Origin: Barthelona sp. PAP020
Taxonomy: Eukaryota
Direction: 5' to 3'
Assembly: GCA_040182905.1 (NCBI GenBank)
Contig: JARQWU010000022.1
Span: 1-64,000 of the forward strand
DNA: 64,000 nucleotides
Shown here: positions 12,101 through 21,086 of the stretch, one piece after another
Layout of the letters: each line of letters opens with the position of its first letter
How positions within the stretch are numbered: the stretch's first letter is position 1
Notes under the pieces: model-generated
Databases searched by the model: none
Told to the model about the DNA's origin: nothing
The model's input: only the letters and a program-made list of their open reading frames with translations
Program-made: the position numbers and the translations under genes

Positions 12101-12613
12101 AAAGCCAAACTTCTTATGGAAAGAATTCAAGGTGGTGGTAGATGGTATTATAATTTTAATTTTAATGTAAATCATTGCAAAATTGATGATACCATTTTGA
12201 TTGGAGGTGAATTGGGCACACTATCCAAGGTTCAATTCACTCTTTTCAATGTTTTTGATAGAGAAGATGAATTTAAGGCTTATTTTACACCTGAATCCCC
12301 TTTAGAATTTGAAATATCTCCTTCACAAGGTTTGATAGCATCACCTAATGATCCATTCGGTACTTGTTTTGTTGTCAGTTTCACTCCTAAAACTTATGGA
12401 AGAAGATTAACAGGTACTTTAATAATTGAAACAAAAGATATGGAATGGAGATATAAAGTTATTTCACAGTTACCTGATTATGAAATTCCTCATGTTGAAT
12501 CAAGAATTGGCTCACGTCAATCAGTTCCCACACCTTCTAGAAATTCGAGAAACTTTGTTTCAGAAAATATTCGAAGCACAAGCCATTCAATGTATCGTTC
12601 GGGTAAAACATAA
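3158..12613 (+). CDS. CFAP47: Cilia- and flagella-associated protein 47-like
   Basis: 3151-aa uninterrupted ORF with many ASH/Ig-like repeats, a calponin-homology-like segment (LLKWINVH...NFSTSLIDCVAISAVIHHYIP) and a CFAP47-like C-terminus (GGRWYY...LIIETKDMEWRY). Confidence 0.8.
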   Translation: MAELLKYPREIVFKNVEEGKTYERTFTIQNLAGYSRKIRCRPIPNNLFLVKQTPFSLIASGLNLTVTVTYNCRSTRVVKDRLIVTSPVDANKVEIIEISIVAIPVQPAIEFPSFLDFGTTLLHSTPVVEFEVKNNSKQSGELSINNDPLSGLSFEPLHVKLPPQSSRMVKVSFNPTDLGVFRSYVPVSIGGSVSDLGIDIAADVTDQNICLLDSNDNMLEFINIGTVFEGEALMKKVKFVNNGPIPIQYQNSFVNLGKDDLDSFEIFEINNYEGIIDPHSHLIFNITIHPKLTVPDSHTQLLNCGFKLSYKPKDKQDDIIQQRLVNDILIPIDGKVIKPNIICSSNYFKFNPIKVHEKVEQIFTIRNENPDISLEYAFLDAKSHPSIENISSDILKVPRNLPQIYFKPMVGKLDPLQEKQVVVGFSPNNLLPKQLLNVLLVGFARKRAIFSSKLSFELSTSGVDHDSTKKRLDFIKQGVNRTHKDFIAQEIPQHPTIDEQLELSIKQAETIMNTTPKLALDLYAKELTSVMDQQKQPVSTFRRKYYHERNPEEFDFSSPRTQKMVTMLEKRRDDRKKYDDVVRNAWKNKKKSKQFDDNEVQLGFDNFAMMKEPKVETMPMESKLQLLSEQEKLEQFRAKKAYLLDNVNDVVDKCWPESSNDNGVLNQISKPLNVGDNRILHTNLNLSFGRVVIGQKLAKSFNFLNIGTEHVAIELSYSHVREILNEVNGHPVQTRQIVPPNEMAFFALHFCSNDLGPLSRKVMVKYNGQPAFDIVITAEVVSIEIQHSPSSIEFNFDNLPSQLKEYSQTLVFTNMTSSETTIKWLNMEGIDKEEQNQKVIPVLPAPSTDNGILSDIFYEMRTGGSSGYRYFYAFISGINSVGEAVLSPYGSIEVKVSFRPGIPSTYSEVLFFSIAGNTVEVPVSASLSRSIVHPMCNTLDIGVVGVGIKHHANIVLRNQGENRPFFLIDTRFLPPFLKIDSFYGTLEPGEVKEIPIDFLTEQSISIDGRKAVSQYRRQTVSSQISFNDLVHLNTCLVDDLLPPQDSKMLQKMFNIMERLFSSAVRIYVFGLTVPKFFDLPIIAEGLSPKIKASCEQIIFNSVKMGSTSTKYVNLINESSMQAVLFVDFGDQSEFSVLPLPDQFDDDEHIWDGSEIQENNSRISSVSRENVDDLDSFRSLNKVGKQLNKDPFAYYDIAEIPDFSLSEEEEEELNSFDKVRLYIPANGSITFCLRYFAKSLSKHRFLLPVSFPGFGNDVLDVPEIIADTKPTNIILNKCEVIFGSKVFLKQNLRTPLYEESIILTNSGSEEFEIGTYIFDKNNNRQLMNVPEFGHIQIDNIPSFLVSVDSIVIPSKSSAKLTFSFYPLDVKNYQQKVYIGLKDDLKENMSEIHLQGFGLAPFLRFNPIQLNLPPIPLGVELSTVFTIENIGFENDEVVCVLPNDKTHFPFKIEFLGSQLLNASNSIVPVKLSLRSDRPLSFSVLFSFNITSKNISFPFRITGACDNSILTIESFVRHFGPQTDSFEIIKDKIGIPKVLAPQGFIIGQSSKSFKKLEDLLKTFPRSFDQVSSAIGNPTLSTIQPQLPVFSETLENHNDLADCLVKFLGSVSNQTLNSTDFPQLFYGGKVLASLTEDLIGGNIPDMSRTFLQSSHPPIASKHGDPLVAETEWLCSQINCILTSLKSYGCLLNHVKPEYLLTPKQFIFVSLKEFFESLPKNFYVSKSFKKSIESYYIDAAPILTKCSWLIVLLQIAKIFGIQTLKPNLIKKQMIDSVKGLHNNEALINYISQPLYQSNIMSIQEISLLKWINVHLKMFKLNNPGTIDGYPLVTNFSTSLIDCVAISAVIHHYIPALRNKLSSIFINYRDLKELDQEYSFEQCKENINIVLQALEHVGISKFTTADVLLLQSNRIMLLFVYILFQLIPLYSLSSTIEFSAGINETCTKVIEVSNPSTLTVNYRQEFLYNIHQNFKLMDPNTNKSVGRIITLKPKSSLTLDLQFKSKFSTNGKDTLAFYPVSTEGNHHAAPLIFDLYYKTKKPIPSFYIKKNVQLYEKQSHEINLEADVLKALDLFGSTINVDKESSFDADIRSSQFNISTSQVFLSFQLFEKLEKIRQSKRFNLGTENKFLSTYFKDNSVSDNLSVEEIEKIEQILENEKCFDRSGNLNIPMNIEEKDVFFIQTLLPVIQLRSRNILLVKNEDVTFPVILCPLFFGCYFVDILFHSTAYGEFSVRLEIQTSYPSVSQLFSKTFEGQKIHNERLDIPYHNVLLENALIDNPLANKVFSKIFSEKEPRFFNYGVYWNSNYFKSPSMMHIFQPNGIERDLEMKFRRSLPLKVQENIKGKNGLDVSFTATEAGTYRSTLVLLSNFDIRLYSFEYYRKQHGVIATIEFTSSAFQSITQSIPITNSSSIDWLLNVKLDDGPFSCKHELKLKAKTTANLDLEFRPLWLGTFNSTVQLINQQTNETFTYNLIGIGLAPEPIGTVTFEAEVRIPRERELKIENPFRQSVVVQLETDSDAITGEPTLRLNSGMNTYPIIITAKSEGRSVCQLRFTTEDKRYFVYNVIIMAKSGKAIESIPIQCTIRQATEVVLSLHNPLPKPLMFNVRSEGLGLFCPNSITLDSKTDCEFVVTYSPLVVGKSTGKVIFSNDAMGEFYYDFSLAALPCEPINIPLMTSTIGRCVFVESSIYNPCDEEVILDINREEAMNFFVIPVNSNIDGNTFIGIPSQDHLTNIIVSPFTELKFFLIYQPSDVNVVQPGIIRFNSSIIGEFVYHLEGIAHPPQPFDPIELETEFDDRQLHEIPFRNPFAYPVLAKISIDANPYLNIITPSKTQKLSSFGTLIVSVSTYSKEMKSHNLTICVETSIVESPDQITRWELPIVLQTIKSYNLAKDSFNFDVVARTRNKKVIQPQLEHFFFWNAESEQEISPTFKRVNIKLLTNVDPQTSVEHARLINTSMNIKPVEVGIYPDKDPQLTILFEPLKSFSGKAKLLMERIQGGGRWYYNFNFNVNHCKIDDTILIGGELGTLSKVQFTLFNVFDREDEFKAYFTPESPLEFEISPSQGLIASPNDPFGTCFVVSFTPKTYGRRLTGTLIIETKDMEWRYKVISQLPDYEIPHVESRIGSRQSVPTPSRNSRNFVSENIRSTSHSMYRSGKT

Positions 12614-12777
12614 TATATATTATAAATTGTATGTGTATTTATTCTATTTTTTTTCGCTTTTTCTTTTGTTTAAACACAAAAAGCTTCCAAATATAAACAA
12701 ATATTATTCAACAAATAACCAAAGAAGAAAAATAAAAAAGTTAAGGGTGGAAATTTTCTTTCCATTTTTTCTTCAAA

Positions 12778-15700
12778 ATGTCTTCACATAAGATTGATAA
12801 TAGAATACGAAAATTAATATCTAATGGTATACAATTAGGACATCGATCAATATTTGTTATTGTGGGAGAACTTGCTCATGAAAGAATAGTAACGTTTCAC
12901 CAGATAATGCATCATTTAAGTCCCGCACAAAAAGCTAAATTCTTATATTGTTGTTACAGAAAGGTCAAGTTTCAAACAAATGTTGAAAAATTGAAAAAGA
13001 AAAGAAAAAAAGACAGCAAAGACAATGAATTTAGAAACTTTATCATGTCACAGAATCTAAGATATTGTAAGTACAAGGATACAAACAAAATTTTAGGTCA
13101 GACATTTGATGTTTTAATTTTACAAGATTTTGAGGGATTGACCCCAAACATTTTGGCCAGAACTATTGAAACTGTATCTGGTGGAGGTATTATTATTTTT
13201 TTGATCAATAACATGTTGGATTTAAGAATGTTACATCAATTGAAAATGGACGTACATAAAAGATATCAAACAGGTATGTCTTCTGATGATGACATTTTTA
13301 GTAGATTTAACTTTAGATTTTTGAGATCATTGAGCAAAAATCCTCATTGTATGATTGTTGATGATCACATGAAAGTTTTGAATGTTTCACACAATGCTGA
13401 CATGTTTGAAATAAATGAAAAGGTTCCTGAAGTTTCCGAAGCTTTATTAAAGATTTTTGAGACTTGTCAAGAGTCTTTGGGAGATGAATCAGCTGAAACT
13501 CAGATTATTGAACTATCAAAAACAGCTGAGCAAGCGCGTTGCGTTTTGGCAATGATGAATACATTAAAAGATACCAGAAAAATGTCTAGTACAACTTTAT
13601 CATTGACAGCTGGAAGAGGAAGAGGAAAATCTGCAGCATTAGGTCTATCTATTGCCAGTGCTGTTATTTTCGGATTTTCAAGTATTGTTGTTTGTGCCCC
13701 GTCCTCTGAAAATGTTCAAACTGTATTTGAATTCATTATTAGAGCTTTAGAAACCGTTGGATACAAAGAAGTCTTAGATTTTTCAATAATTAAACAAAAG
13801 ATTAAGAATGATCTTGAATTTACTGAAGTTATTACTGAAGTTGAAGTGTTTAAGGGTCATCGTCAGACGATTCGTTTCGTGGATGTGGCATCTAATGTTT
13901 CCGAAAATAAATTCATTAAAACTGATTTGTTAGTAATTGATGAAGCAGCTGCTATTCCATTACCCATTGTTGAAACATTGTTATTTTCAACAAATCTCAC
14001 TTTCATGTCTTCTACGGTTTCGGGTTATGAAGGTACTGGAAGATCACTTTCTCTCAAGTTGGTAAAAGAATTGAGAAAACTTAAAGAAAAGCATTTGGTT
14101 GAATTAAAACTTGATGAACCAATCAGGTATTCCAATGATGACCCTGTAGAAGAGTGGATGAACAAATTGTTATGTTTGGATGTTGTTGAAGTTGATGATG
14201 ATCAAACAATATCTGTACCACCACCAGAAGATTGCGAATTGTTAGAAGTGAATAGAGATACATTATTTAGTGGTAAATCAACAACTGAATTGTTCTTGAA
14301 ATCTATTTGGTCTATTTTGGTTTCTTCACACTATAGAAATCAACCTGACGATCTTCAATTGGTCGCAGATTCTCCAACTCAACGTTTATTTGTTCTTATG
14401 GCACCAATTACCGATGATACCCCAAATGATGTGTTACCAAGAATTTTGGTTGTCATCCAAGTTGTTTTAGAGGGTAAAGTTAGCCGAGAGACATTTAATT
14501 ATTATAATGAACAAACTAAACGTCAATCTGGTGACCTTATTCCCTGGGTTATTGGAACAAATCTGAATAATCCTGCTTTCCCTCAATTATCTGGTGCAAG
14601 AGTTATTCGTATTGCTACTAATCCTCTTGTTCAAGGAATGGGTTATGGAAAACAAGCATTATCTTGTTTACAGAAGTACTATAACAGAGAATATATTAAT
14701 CCTGATTTATTGAAGCAATATGAAGATCATTTGAGCATGAAATTAGATGATTCTGAGAGTTTGAGAATTCCAAAAATCAAAGGTTCTTTACCTCCCATTT
14801 TTATACCACTTTCTGCTTCTAATCCTCCATTATTAGATTGGTTAGGTGTTTCTTTTGGTTTAACTGAACAATTATATCGTTTTTGGTTTAAATCTGGTTA
14901 TAGAACCATTTATATTCGTCAAAAACGTACTGAAACAACTGGTGAACATACATGTATCATGTTGAGACCTGTAGCCAATCAAGGAGAGACTTCAGCTGAT
15001 GAATTCAATGAACAATGGATAAAACGTTTTTCCAAAGATTTTAACAATAGATTTGAAGAGTTGTTAGCTTATCATTTTAATCATTTGACACCCGAGTTAT
15101 CAACTGCTTTATTAGTTAACAATGGAATGTTTGATGATGATTCAAAGAATAGAAAATTGGAAAAGGAGGAATTAGATGAATTGATATCCATATTGGACCA
15201 AGAAAGAATTCAAAATTTTGCAGAAACTAATTCTAAGCAAAATTTTGATCAAGTCTTCCATACCATTCCCACTTTAGCCAAATTATGGTTGCATAAGAGG
15301 TTATCAATAAAATTAAATCCTACAAAAATGATTATTTTGGTTGCAATTGCCTTTCAAAAACTGTCTGTTGATGAAATTTCGGAAAAAGTCAGTAAGCAAT
15401 CAAAATTGTCTGGTTTAAATTATGAAGCTATTAAAACATTGATTCATGGTATTTTTAAAAAGTTTCATGAAGAGATTCACAGTATCAACGAAGAATTTAT
15501 TGGTAAAGACATCAAGAAAATAAAAAAAGTTCAACTAAATTTGAATGCCATGAAGGAAATTGAAGATGAGTTAAACACTGAAGAACAACAAGAAGTGATT
15601 GTGGAACACAAGGAAAATAAGAAAGATAAAAAGGACAAAAAAGACAAAAGAGACAAGGATAAGAGCAAAAGAAGCAAAAAAGAAAAGAAAATTGATAACA

Positions 15701-15783
15701 GATTAAGAAATGCTCATAACATTGCTCCTGGTACTGCAGCAGCAGCTGTATACAATAAATTCCAAAGAGAACCCAAATTTTAA
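12778..15783 (+). CDS. NAT10: RNA cytidine acetyltransferase NAT10/Kre33
   Basis: KIDNRIR N-terminus, LQDFEGLTPNILARTIETVSGGG, helicase P-loop AGRGRGKSAALG, GYEGTGRSL, GNAT motif QGMGYG, Lys/Asp-rich tail. Confidence 0.97.
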   Translation: MSSHKIDNRIRKLISNGIQLGHRSIFVIVGELAHERIVTFHQIMHHLSPAQKAKFLYCCYRKVKFQTNVEKLKKKRKKDSKDNEFRNFIMSQNLRYCKYKDTNKILGQTFDVLILQDFEGLTPNILARTIETVSGGGIIIFLINNMLDLRMLHQLKMDVHKRYQTGMSSDDDIFSRFNFRFLRSLSKNPHCMIVDDHMKVLNVSHNADMFEINEKVPEVSEALLKIFETCQESLGDESAETQIIELSKTAEQARCVLAMMNTLKDTRKMSSTTLSLTAGRGRGKSAALGLSIASAVIFGFSSIVVCAPSSENVQTVFEFIIRALETVGYKEVLDFSIIKQKIKNDLEFTEVITEVEVFKGHRQTIRFVDVASNVSENKFIKTDLLVIDEAAAIPLPIVETLLFSTNLTFMSSTVSGYEGTGRSLSLKLVKELRKLKEKHLVELKLDEPIRYSNDDPVEEWMNKLLCLDVVEVDDDQTISVPPPEDCELLEVNRDTLFSGKSTTELFLKSIWSILVSSHYRNQPDDLQLVADSPTQRLFVLMAPITDDTPNDVLPRILVVIQVVLEGKVSRETFNYYNEQTKRQSGDLIPWVIGTNLNNPAFPQLSGARVIRIATNPLVQGMGYGKQALSCLQKYYNREYINPDLLKQYEDHLSMKLDDSESLRIPKIKGSLPPIFIPLSASNPPLLDWLGVSFGLTEQLYRFWFKSGYRTIYIRQKRTETTGEHTCIMLRPVANQGETSADEFNEQWIKRFSKDFNNRFEELLAYHFNHLTPELSTALLVNNGMFDDDSKNRKLEKEELDELISILDQERIQNFAETNSKQNFDQVFHTIPTLAKLWLHKRLSIKLNPTKMIILVAIAFQKLSVDEISEKVSKQSKLSGLNYEAIKTLIHGIFKKFHEEIHSINEEFIGKDIKKIKKVQLNLNAMKEIEDELNTEEQQEVIVEHKENKKDKKDKKDKRDKDKSKRSKKEKKIDNRLRNAHNIAPGTAAAAVYNKFQREPKF

Positions 15784-16036
15784 AGCCATTTTTATACATT
15801 ATCGTGAAGTGTGTGGGAAAGTAGTCTTAAACAAATTGAATGAATAAATTATTTTCGGTATTTCTTTTCACCGCTTTATTTTTAAAAGACCTTATTCACT
15901 TTTCCCTTTTTTTAACATGGAAAGATTAATATTCACATTAAATGGAATGCTTGGAAAGATGATTATTTTGTTGAAAGAGATTTTTTTTTTTTTGGAGCCA
16001 AAAATTTCTTTGGAAAAATCAAAGAAATAACAAAAA

Positions 16037-18499
16037 ATGAAAAAAAACGAAAAGATATTTCGATATACTCTCTCCAAAAAACATTTTGAAACAATTGCTG
16101 AAGTTATTCCTTTATTATTTATTATTTGGTCGTATTGTTTCATCAGTTCCTTAAATAATCTTGTTAATAATTTTAGTAGTGATGAATTTCGACATTTTAT
16201 ATTGAGTTTTTATCTATTTTTATATTTTTCTGCTACTTCTTCACTTTTTAAACATAATATATCCAATACGATCTTTTTTTTGATGTTTATGTTTTTAATA
16301 TTGATACAACTTTTTCATCTGAATATTTTGATTGTTGAATCTTTTTTGAGTGTTCTTTGTTGTGTCATTGCTTGTATTTTTCCTTGTTTATTTGTTAATA
16401 ATATTGGATATATGCAAGGAATTTTTGGACTGACAAATGATCCAAAATTGAAAAAAACAGATGTCGAAACTGAATTTCTTCCATTAATTGAATCCCATAA
16501 AAGTACGTTAAATAAACAATCCAAAACAATTTATGTGACAAGGAAAGAAAATGACGATGTTCTTTTTCCATTTACTTACGTTATTCTACTTTTTCGATTT
16601 GTACATTCACCACCCAATCTATGTTACCTTTTACATTTTAATGTTTATAATATTTTAGAATGTTCATTTATTGTATATTTGCTTTTGATAATTTTTTTTA
16701 AAAAGACTGTTCCTTTGATATTTCGAACAATATATTGCAGTATTTTATTAATCCTTACATTTTTTAATCAATTCAATACAGGATTTCTTCCTTTTACTAC
16801 TGTGGCATTGTTTTATGAAACTACACTATTGTTGACTGGACAACGAAGTTTCAGCACCAAATTCAAAGACACAAATGCTGAAATTTGTTTTGTTTGTTTT
16901 TTGATGTTTATTTGTCGTTATTTGATAATGTATTGGTCACCTTTTAGATTTTTTTGGTTTAACGTTTTCTTTCTGTTCATAATTATGATTAATGTAAACC
17001 TTGTTAAAAAAATTTCGATAAAATTGTTGAAAGCTAAAACAAAAGAAGATACAAACACTCATGAACCAGTTAAAAAAGTTTCAACTCCAGTATTCTTCAA
17101 ATTTATGAGCAATTTTGAAAAGTTATTTTTTATTTTCAATGCAGTATTTTATTTTTTAAATGAAGAAAATGAAGATCAGCAATTTAAATATTTAACATTG
17201 ATGGTGTTAATTGGTATCAATTTTTTACCCTTATTATTGCCCAAATTATTTCAAATTCAAGTACTAACGTTCACTAGCATATTTATTTTCCTTTCAAGTT
17301 ACTTTTATATATTTTTTTCCATTTCTTTGTTTGAAATTCCTGTTAGCGAAATTCCTTTTTATGCTATCACTATATTTTACACAAGCTACAAGATGCTTAT
17401 TATTAGAGTTTTACGAATAAAACATGATTTGAACATCATATTTGCTGATGATTTGAAAAGTTCCGAAAATTCCGAAATTAATAATATCTTCAAACCTTTT
17501 GGTAAATTATTAGAACGTGTAACACCCATATTTGAACCTAGTCATATGATAGAACACATGTTTGATCACACAATTTCAAAAAATTATGCAATTGGGAATT
17601 ATAAGAAACATGATCATCAAAGTGAAAAATATGAAGGTGATGAAGATGATGATTTCTCAACACCGCCTCAACAGTTTGTTAATTTTTTATTTTTGTTGAT
17701 TTTATCCATGTTGATTTTAGGATCTGCGATTGTTTTATCAACTGATAATTCAAATGGCGAAATTTCGTTTGATTTGATTGATTCTAAGACCAATAATGCT
17801 TTGAATATTGATGTTGAAAAGACTAAAGTTTTGAATATTTCATCATTCTTTGAAAATGTTTTTCAAACATTTAATGAATATTCTATTCATTTTGAAGAAA
17901 CTATTGACCATTATGATTTTGATAGACATAAATATATGTTTCAGTTTAACAAAGATATGACATTAAAAGTCAGTATTGAAGAAGAAGAAAAATATTATCA
18001 ATTTAGTATTGATAATCGAACTTTAAAAAGAATAAATAATATGAATGATAATCTGGATGATAAAATTTCTGTTGAATTTAATGTAACAGTTGATGATTTT
18101 CTCGATCAAAAAGAAAAAATAGTTTTTCATTTTCAAATTGTTTCTAATCCTGATAATCGTATTTTTCAGGTATCTCGCAGTATTAATGTGTTTATTGAAA
18201 ATCCATATCATTGGAAAATTTCAAATAATATCGAATTTGAAATTGATTCAGAACAAATGATCATATTAATATGTTTATATGCAATTTTTTTTGGATTGTT
18301 TAATGAATTATTTGAATTTAATGTTGAAACAAATGAAATTTTCGAACTATCAAAAGAACAAAATGTATGTGAAAAGCTTCAGGTTGATGAACGTGTATGT
18401 TTGGAAAATATCGAAAATTTTGAAGAAAACAACATTATTGTTGTTTGTGATGATTCTCAATCTCCACAAAAATCAAATGATTTGGACGTTTTTGACTGA
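16037..18499 (+). CDS. Uncharacterised multi-pass membrane protein
   Basis: 820-aa ORF with many hydrophobic Phe/Ile/Leu segments. No recognisable family; start codon uncertain. Confidence 0.65.
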   Translation: MKKNEKIFRYTLSKKHFETIAEVIPLLFIIWSYCFISSLNNLVNNFSSDEFRHFILSFYLFLYFSATSSLFKHNISNTIFFLMFMFLILIQLFHLNILIVESFLSVLCCVIACIFPCLFVNNIGYMQGIFGLTNDPKLKKTDVETEFLPLIESHKSTLNKQSKTIYVTRKENDDVLFPFTYVILLFRFVHSPPNLCYLLHFNVYNILECSFIVYLLLIIFFKKTVPLIFRTIYCSILLILTFFNQFNTGFLPFTTVALFYETTLLLTGQRSFSTKFKDTNAEICFVCFLMFICRYLIMYWSPFRFFWFNVFFLFIIMINVNLVKKISIKLLKAKTKEDTNTHEPVKKVSTPVFFKFMSNFEKLFFIFNAVFYFLNEENEDQQFKYLTLMVLIGINFLPLLLPKLFQIQVLTFTSIFIFLSSYFYIFFSISLFEIPVSEIPFYAITIFYTSYKMLIIRVLRIKHDLNIIFADDLKSSENSEINNIFKPFGKLLERVTPIFEPSHMIEHMFDHTISKNYAIGNYKKHDHQSEKYEGDEDDDFSTPPQQFVNFLFLLILSMLILGSAIVLSTDNSNGEISFDLIDSKTNNALNIDVEKTKVLNISSFFENVFQTFNEYSIHFEETIDHYDFDRHKYMFQFNKDMTLKVSIEEEEKYYQFSIDNRTLKRINNMNDNLDDKISVEFNVTVDDFLDQKEKIVFHFQIVSNPDNRIFQVSRSINVFIENPYHWKISNNIEFEIDSEQMIILICLYAIFFGLFNELFEFNVETNEIFELSKEQNVCEKLQVDERVCLENIENFEENNIIVVCDDSQSPQKSNDLDVFD

Positions 18500-19064
18500 A
18501 GCACATTGTGGCATTACTTAAACAAAAATAAAAGCTCACACTTTTCATTAGCCATGCAATTTATAATCTCATTATTTTGTTGATTTTTTTTTTTCCTTTA
18601 TGCTTTATCAATAATTGTTTTTGAAGGTTGTGTTTCTCTTATCATTACATATTTATCAGTTAACAATGTATGGCCATAATTTGAACAATTAAACATTCTT
18701 ATTTTTTTCCCATCAACTCCAATTACAAGAGGAAGTAAATGATAAACATTTTCTTTTCAATTCTTTATATCAGATTGACAAAAACCGTTCAAAAAAGAAT
18801 GGATCTTTGGAAATTCAAATTTGGTTTGATTTGCAAAACCTTCTCTTCATGGGAAATTTTGTCTCCTTCACTTTTATTTGTTGACATACTAGATGAGTTT
18901 TATATTTTAGTACATTCAAACAGCAAACTGAATCTTTCATTTATTCAAGAGTGTTGAGAATTACGAACCCTCTCAGAGTTATCTTTTCACCAAAAATAAA
19001 ACAAAGTCTTTTATACAATTTCATTTTAAAGGTGTAAGCAAAAACAACGTTTCTGCATCTTCAC

Positions 19065-20051
19065 TTATCTAGCCAAAGGTTTGCTTAATCCATTACCCAC
19101 TGCTCTGGGTGCCACATTTTGTATCAACTCACCCGAATCCATGGTCATAGGTTGCAAAGCAGGCTTAATTTTTACACCACTCGTAGTTTGCATGTTAAAT
19201 GACAATGATATTGGAGGTCTAGTAAATTCTGAATCTTTTGGTAAGGTTCTTGGAGATGGTATGGACTCAATCATAATGGTTGTGTTTCTTTGTGAATTTT
19301 GTCTAGTTTTTCGTGGTGTTTTCCTAATTTTTTGCCTATCACTCTCAAGTTTACTGAAATTTCCTGAAGATTTTGATGATTTTAACCTACCCTTTGTTCT
19401 AACAATTCCATGACTGGATGTAGGAACTTTTTCAATAACAATAACATTACCATTTTCATCATAAGTCCACGATTTATCACGCATTGATTGATGCAATTTT
19501 GTAAGTTCTTTTAATTCATTTTGTGAACTGATAGGTAATCCAGAATTTGAAATCAGTTTTGTTTGAGCAGCTCTACGGGTCATAAAACCAGAAACGTCTT
19601 CATTATCAGGAGCAGTTGGAAAAATTTCTCTGTAAAAATCATCATCATTATTTTTTGGATTATTGTATCGTTTAGATTTGGTCTGTAAAGTCATATCTTT
19701 GGATAAAACAGTAGAAGGTAAAGGAAATGCAGGTGTGGCAGTTCTTTTTGGTCTTTTTAGAATATCTATTGGCAATAAAAATCCATTACATAATGAATCA
19801 GGAATGGACAAAAATGGTATGGTTGTTGGTTGCCAATTTGAACCACTAAAATTTACTTGTGGTTTTATATTGGGAGGTACATTCAATAAATCTTGAGGTA
19901 ATTCAGCTATTAACTGTTGAACACAATAATCCAAAGACAATTTTTCCAATTCTGTGTCAAAGATAGAATTTAAAGAAGAATTAACAATTTCATCAACAAT
20001 ATTGGATACATTTGTTCCTCCATCAAACCAATCGTAAATAAAATCACACAT
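19065..20051 (-). CDS. Hypothetical protein, possibly C2orf81/DUF4639-like
   Basis: 328-aa ORF. The patterns W.....P....DS...G..PI and WTYDENGNVI recall C2orf81 homologues (family call is from memory). Confidence 0.55.
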   Translation of the reverse strand: MCDFIYDWFDGGTNVSNIVDEIVNSSLNSIFDTELEKLSLDYCVQQLIAELPQDLLNVPPNIKPQVNFSGSNWQPTTIPFLSIPDSLCNGFLLPIDILKRPKRTATPAFPLPSTVLSKDMTLQTKSKRYNNPKNNDDDFYREIFPTAPDNEDVSGFMTRRAAQTKLISNSGLPISSQNELKELTKLHQSMRDKSWTYDENGNVIVIEKVPTSSHGIVRTKGRLKSSKSSGNFSKLESDRQKIRKTPRKTRQNSQRNTTIMIESIPSPRTLPKDSEFTRPPISLSFNMQTTSGVKIKPALQPMTMDSGELIQNVAPRAVGNGLSKPLAR

Positions 20052-20299
20052 AAATGATTTAAAGAGTGATTAAAAAATAAAATTTGAAATTATCAAAACG
20101 ACAATATGCTCTTCATTTGAAAAATATCACTTCAAATCAACATACAATTTTCAAGATATCAATTTATTCCAAAAAATCATCATAAAAGTTTCACAAAATA
20201 GTGGAGTTTTTCCCAAAAAAAAAAAATTTAATATTTACATTCCCAAATCAATTTTTGTTTTTGGATCCGTTTTCAAAATACCATTCAAAAGTAATCATT

Positions 20300-20941
20300 T
20301 TAATTTTTTTTGATTGCACAAGTTTTCAAATTATCAACTGAAGAACGAACACCATCAACAGTCTTTTTATCTTGAATTTGACTGATTTTTGATGAGACTT
20401 GTGTCAATAATTCACAAGAATTCACTAAATTATCGTAAATATCCTTGAATTCAAGGGGTCTTGAATACAGATCTGCAATTTTTTGGCTAACTAACGATAT
20501 TTTAGATATGGCTGTGTTGGTATTGTTAATATATTTATTATGAACGTGTACTGCTTGCTTTTCTGAAAAATTTGAGTTTTGAAGAAATTCTAATTTATTC
20601 AAAACATCATTGGCATTTAATTCAGAATACATATCAGTTTTTTCACTTCTTATATCATCATTAGTACTTGTGAATGATGGTAAACCTCTGTCATCAAAAC
20701 TATTGGGAAAAGAATGAACAGATCCATAAAAGGCAGATGATTCATGATAGCTTGACCCATAACTAAAACCTAAATAACTAGAAGTTGTAGAATAATTATC
20801 TTGAGTTGTTTCTTCATTTGTATAAAGGTCATTCTCATTGATATCATCATTACTTCCATAAGTTTCTTCATCTAAGTCAGAATCAGAATCAGTTAGCTCT
20901 CCTTCATATCTAGTTTTCACATTTGGTGAGGTCGAGAACAT
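20300..20941 (-). CDS. Hypothetical protein with acidic N-terminus and C-terminal coiled coil (weakly BORCS6-like)
   Basis: 213-aa ORF with a T-tract before the ATG. The C-terminal helix LVNSCELLTQ...VDGVRSSVDNLK loosely resembles BORCS6. Confidence 0.55.
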   Translation of the reverse strand: MFSTSPNVKTRYEGELTDSDSDLDEETYGSNDDINENDLYTNEETTQDNYSTTSSYLGFSYGSSYHESSAFYGSVHSFPNSFDDRGLPSFTSTNDDIRSEKTDMYSELNANDVLNKLEFLQNSNFSEKQAVHVHNKYINNTNTAISKISLVSQKIADLYSRPLEFKDIYDNLVNSCELLTQVSSKISQIQDKKTVDGVRSSVDNLKTCAIKKN

Positions 20942-21086
20942 TAATGTAAGAAAAAAATTGAATACTTTTTTTATTAAATAGAATAATCAATAAACAACCA
21001 CTTGAATAATATTAATAAATTGTACGGGATGAAAGGAAGTATTAAAAAAAAAGTGGGTAAAAATGACAACAAAAAGTTAATTTCAT

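Noticed and set aside
15915..16090. Frameshifted upstream extension of the 16037 membrane protein
   Set aside because: Short open frames overlap homopolymer runs, but none joins cleanly to the main ORF by a supported intron. It cannot be resolved without reads.
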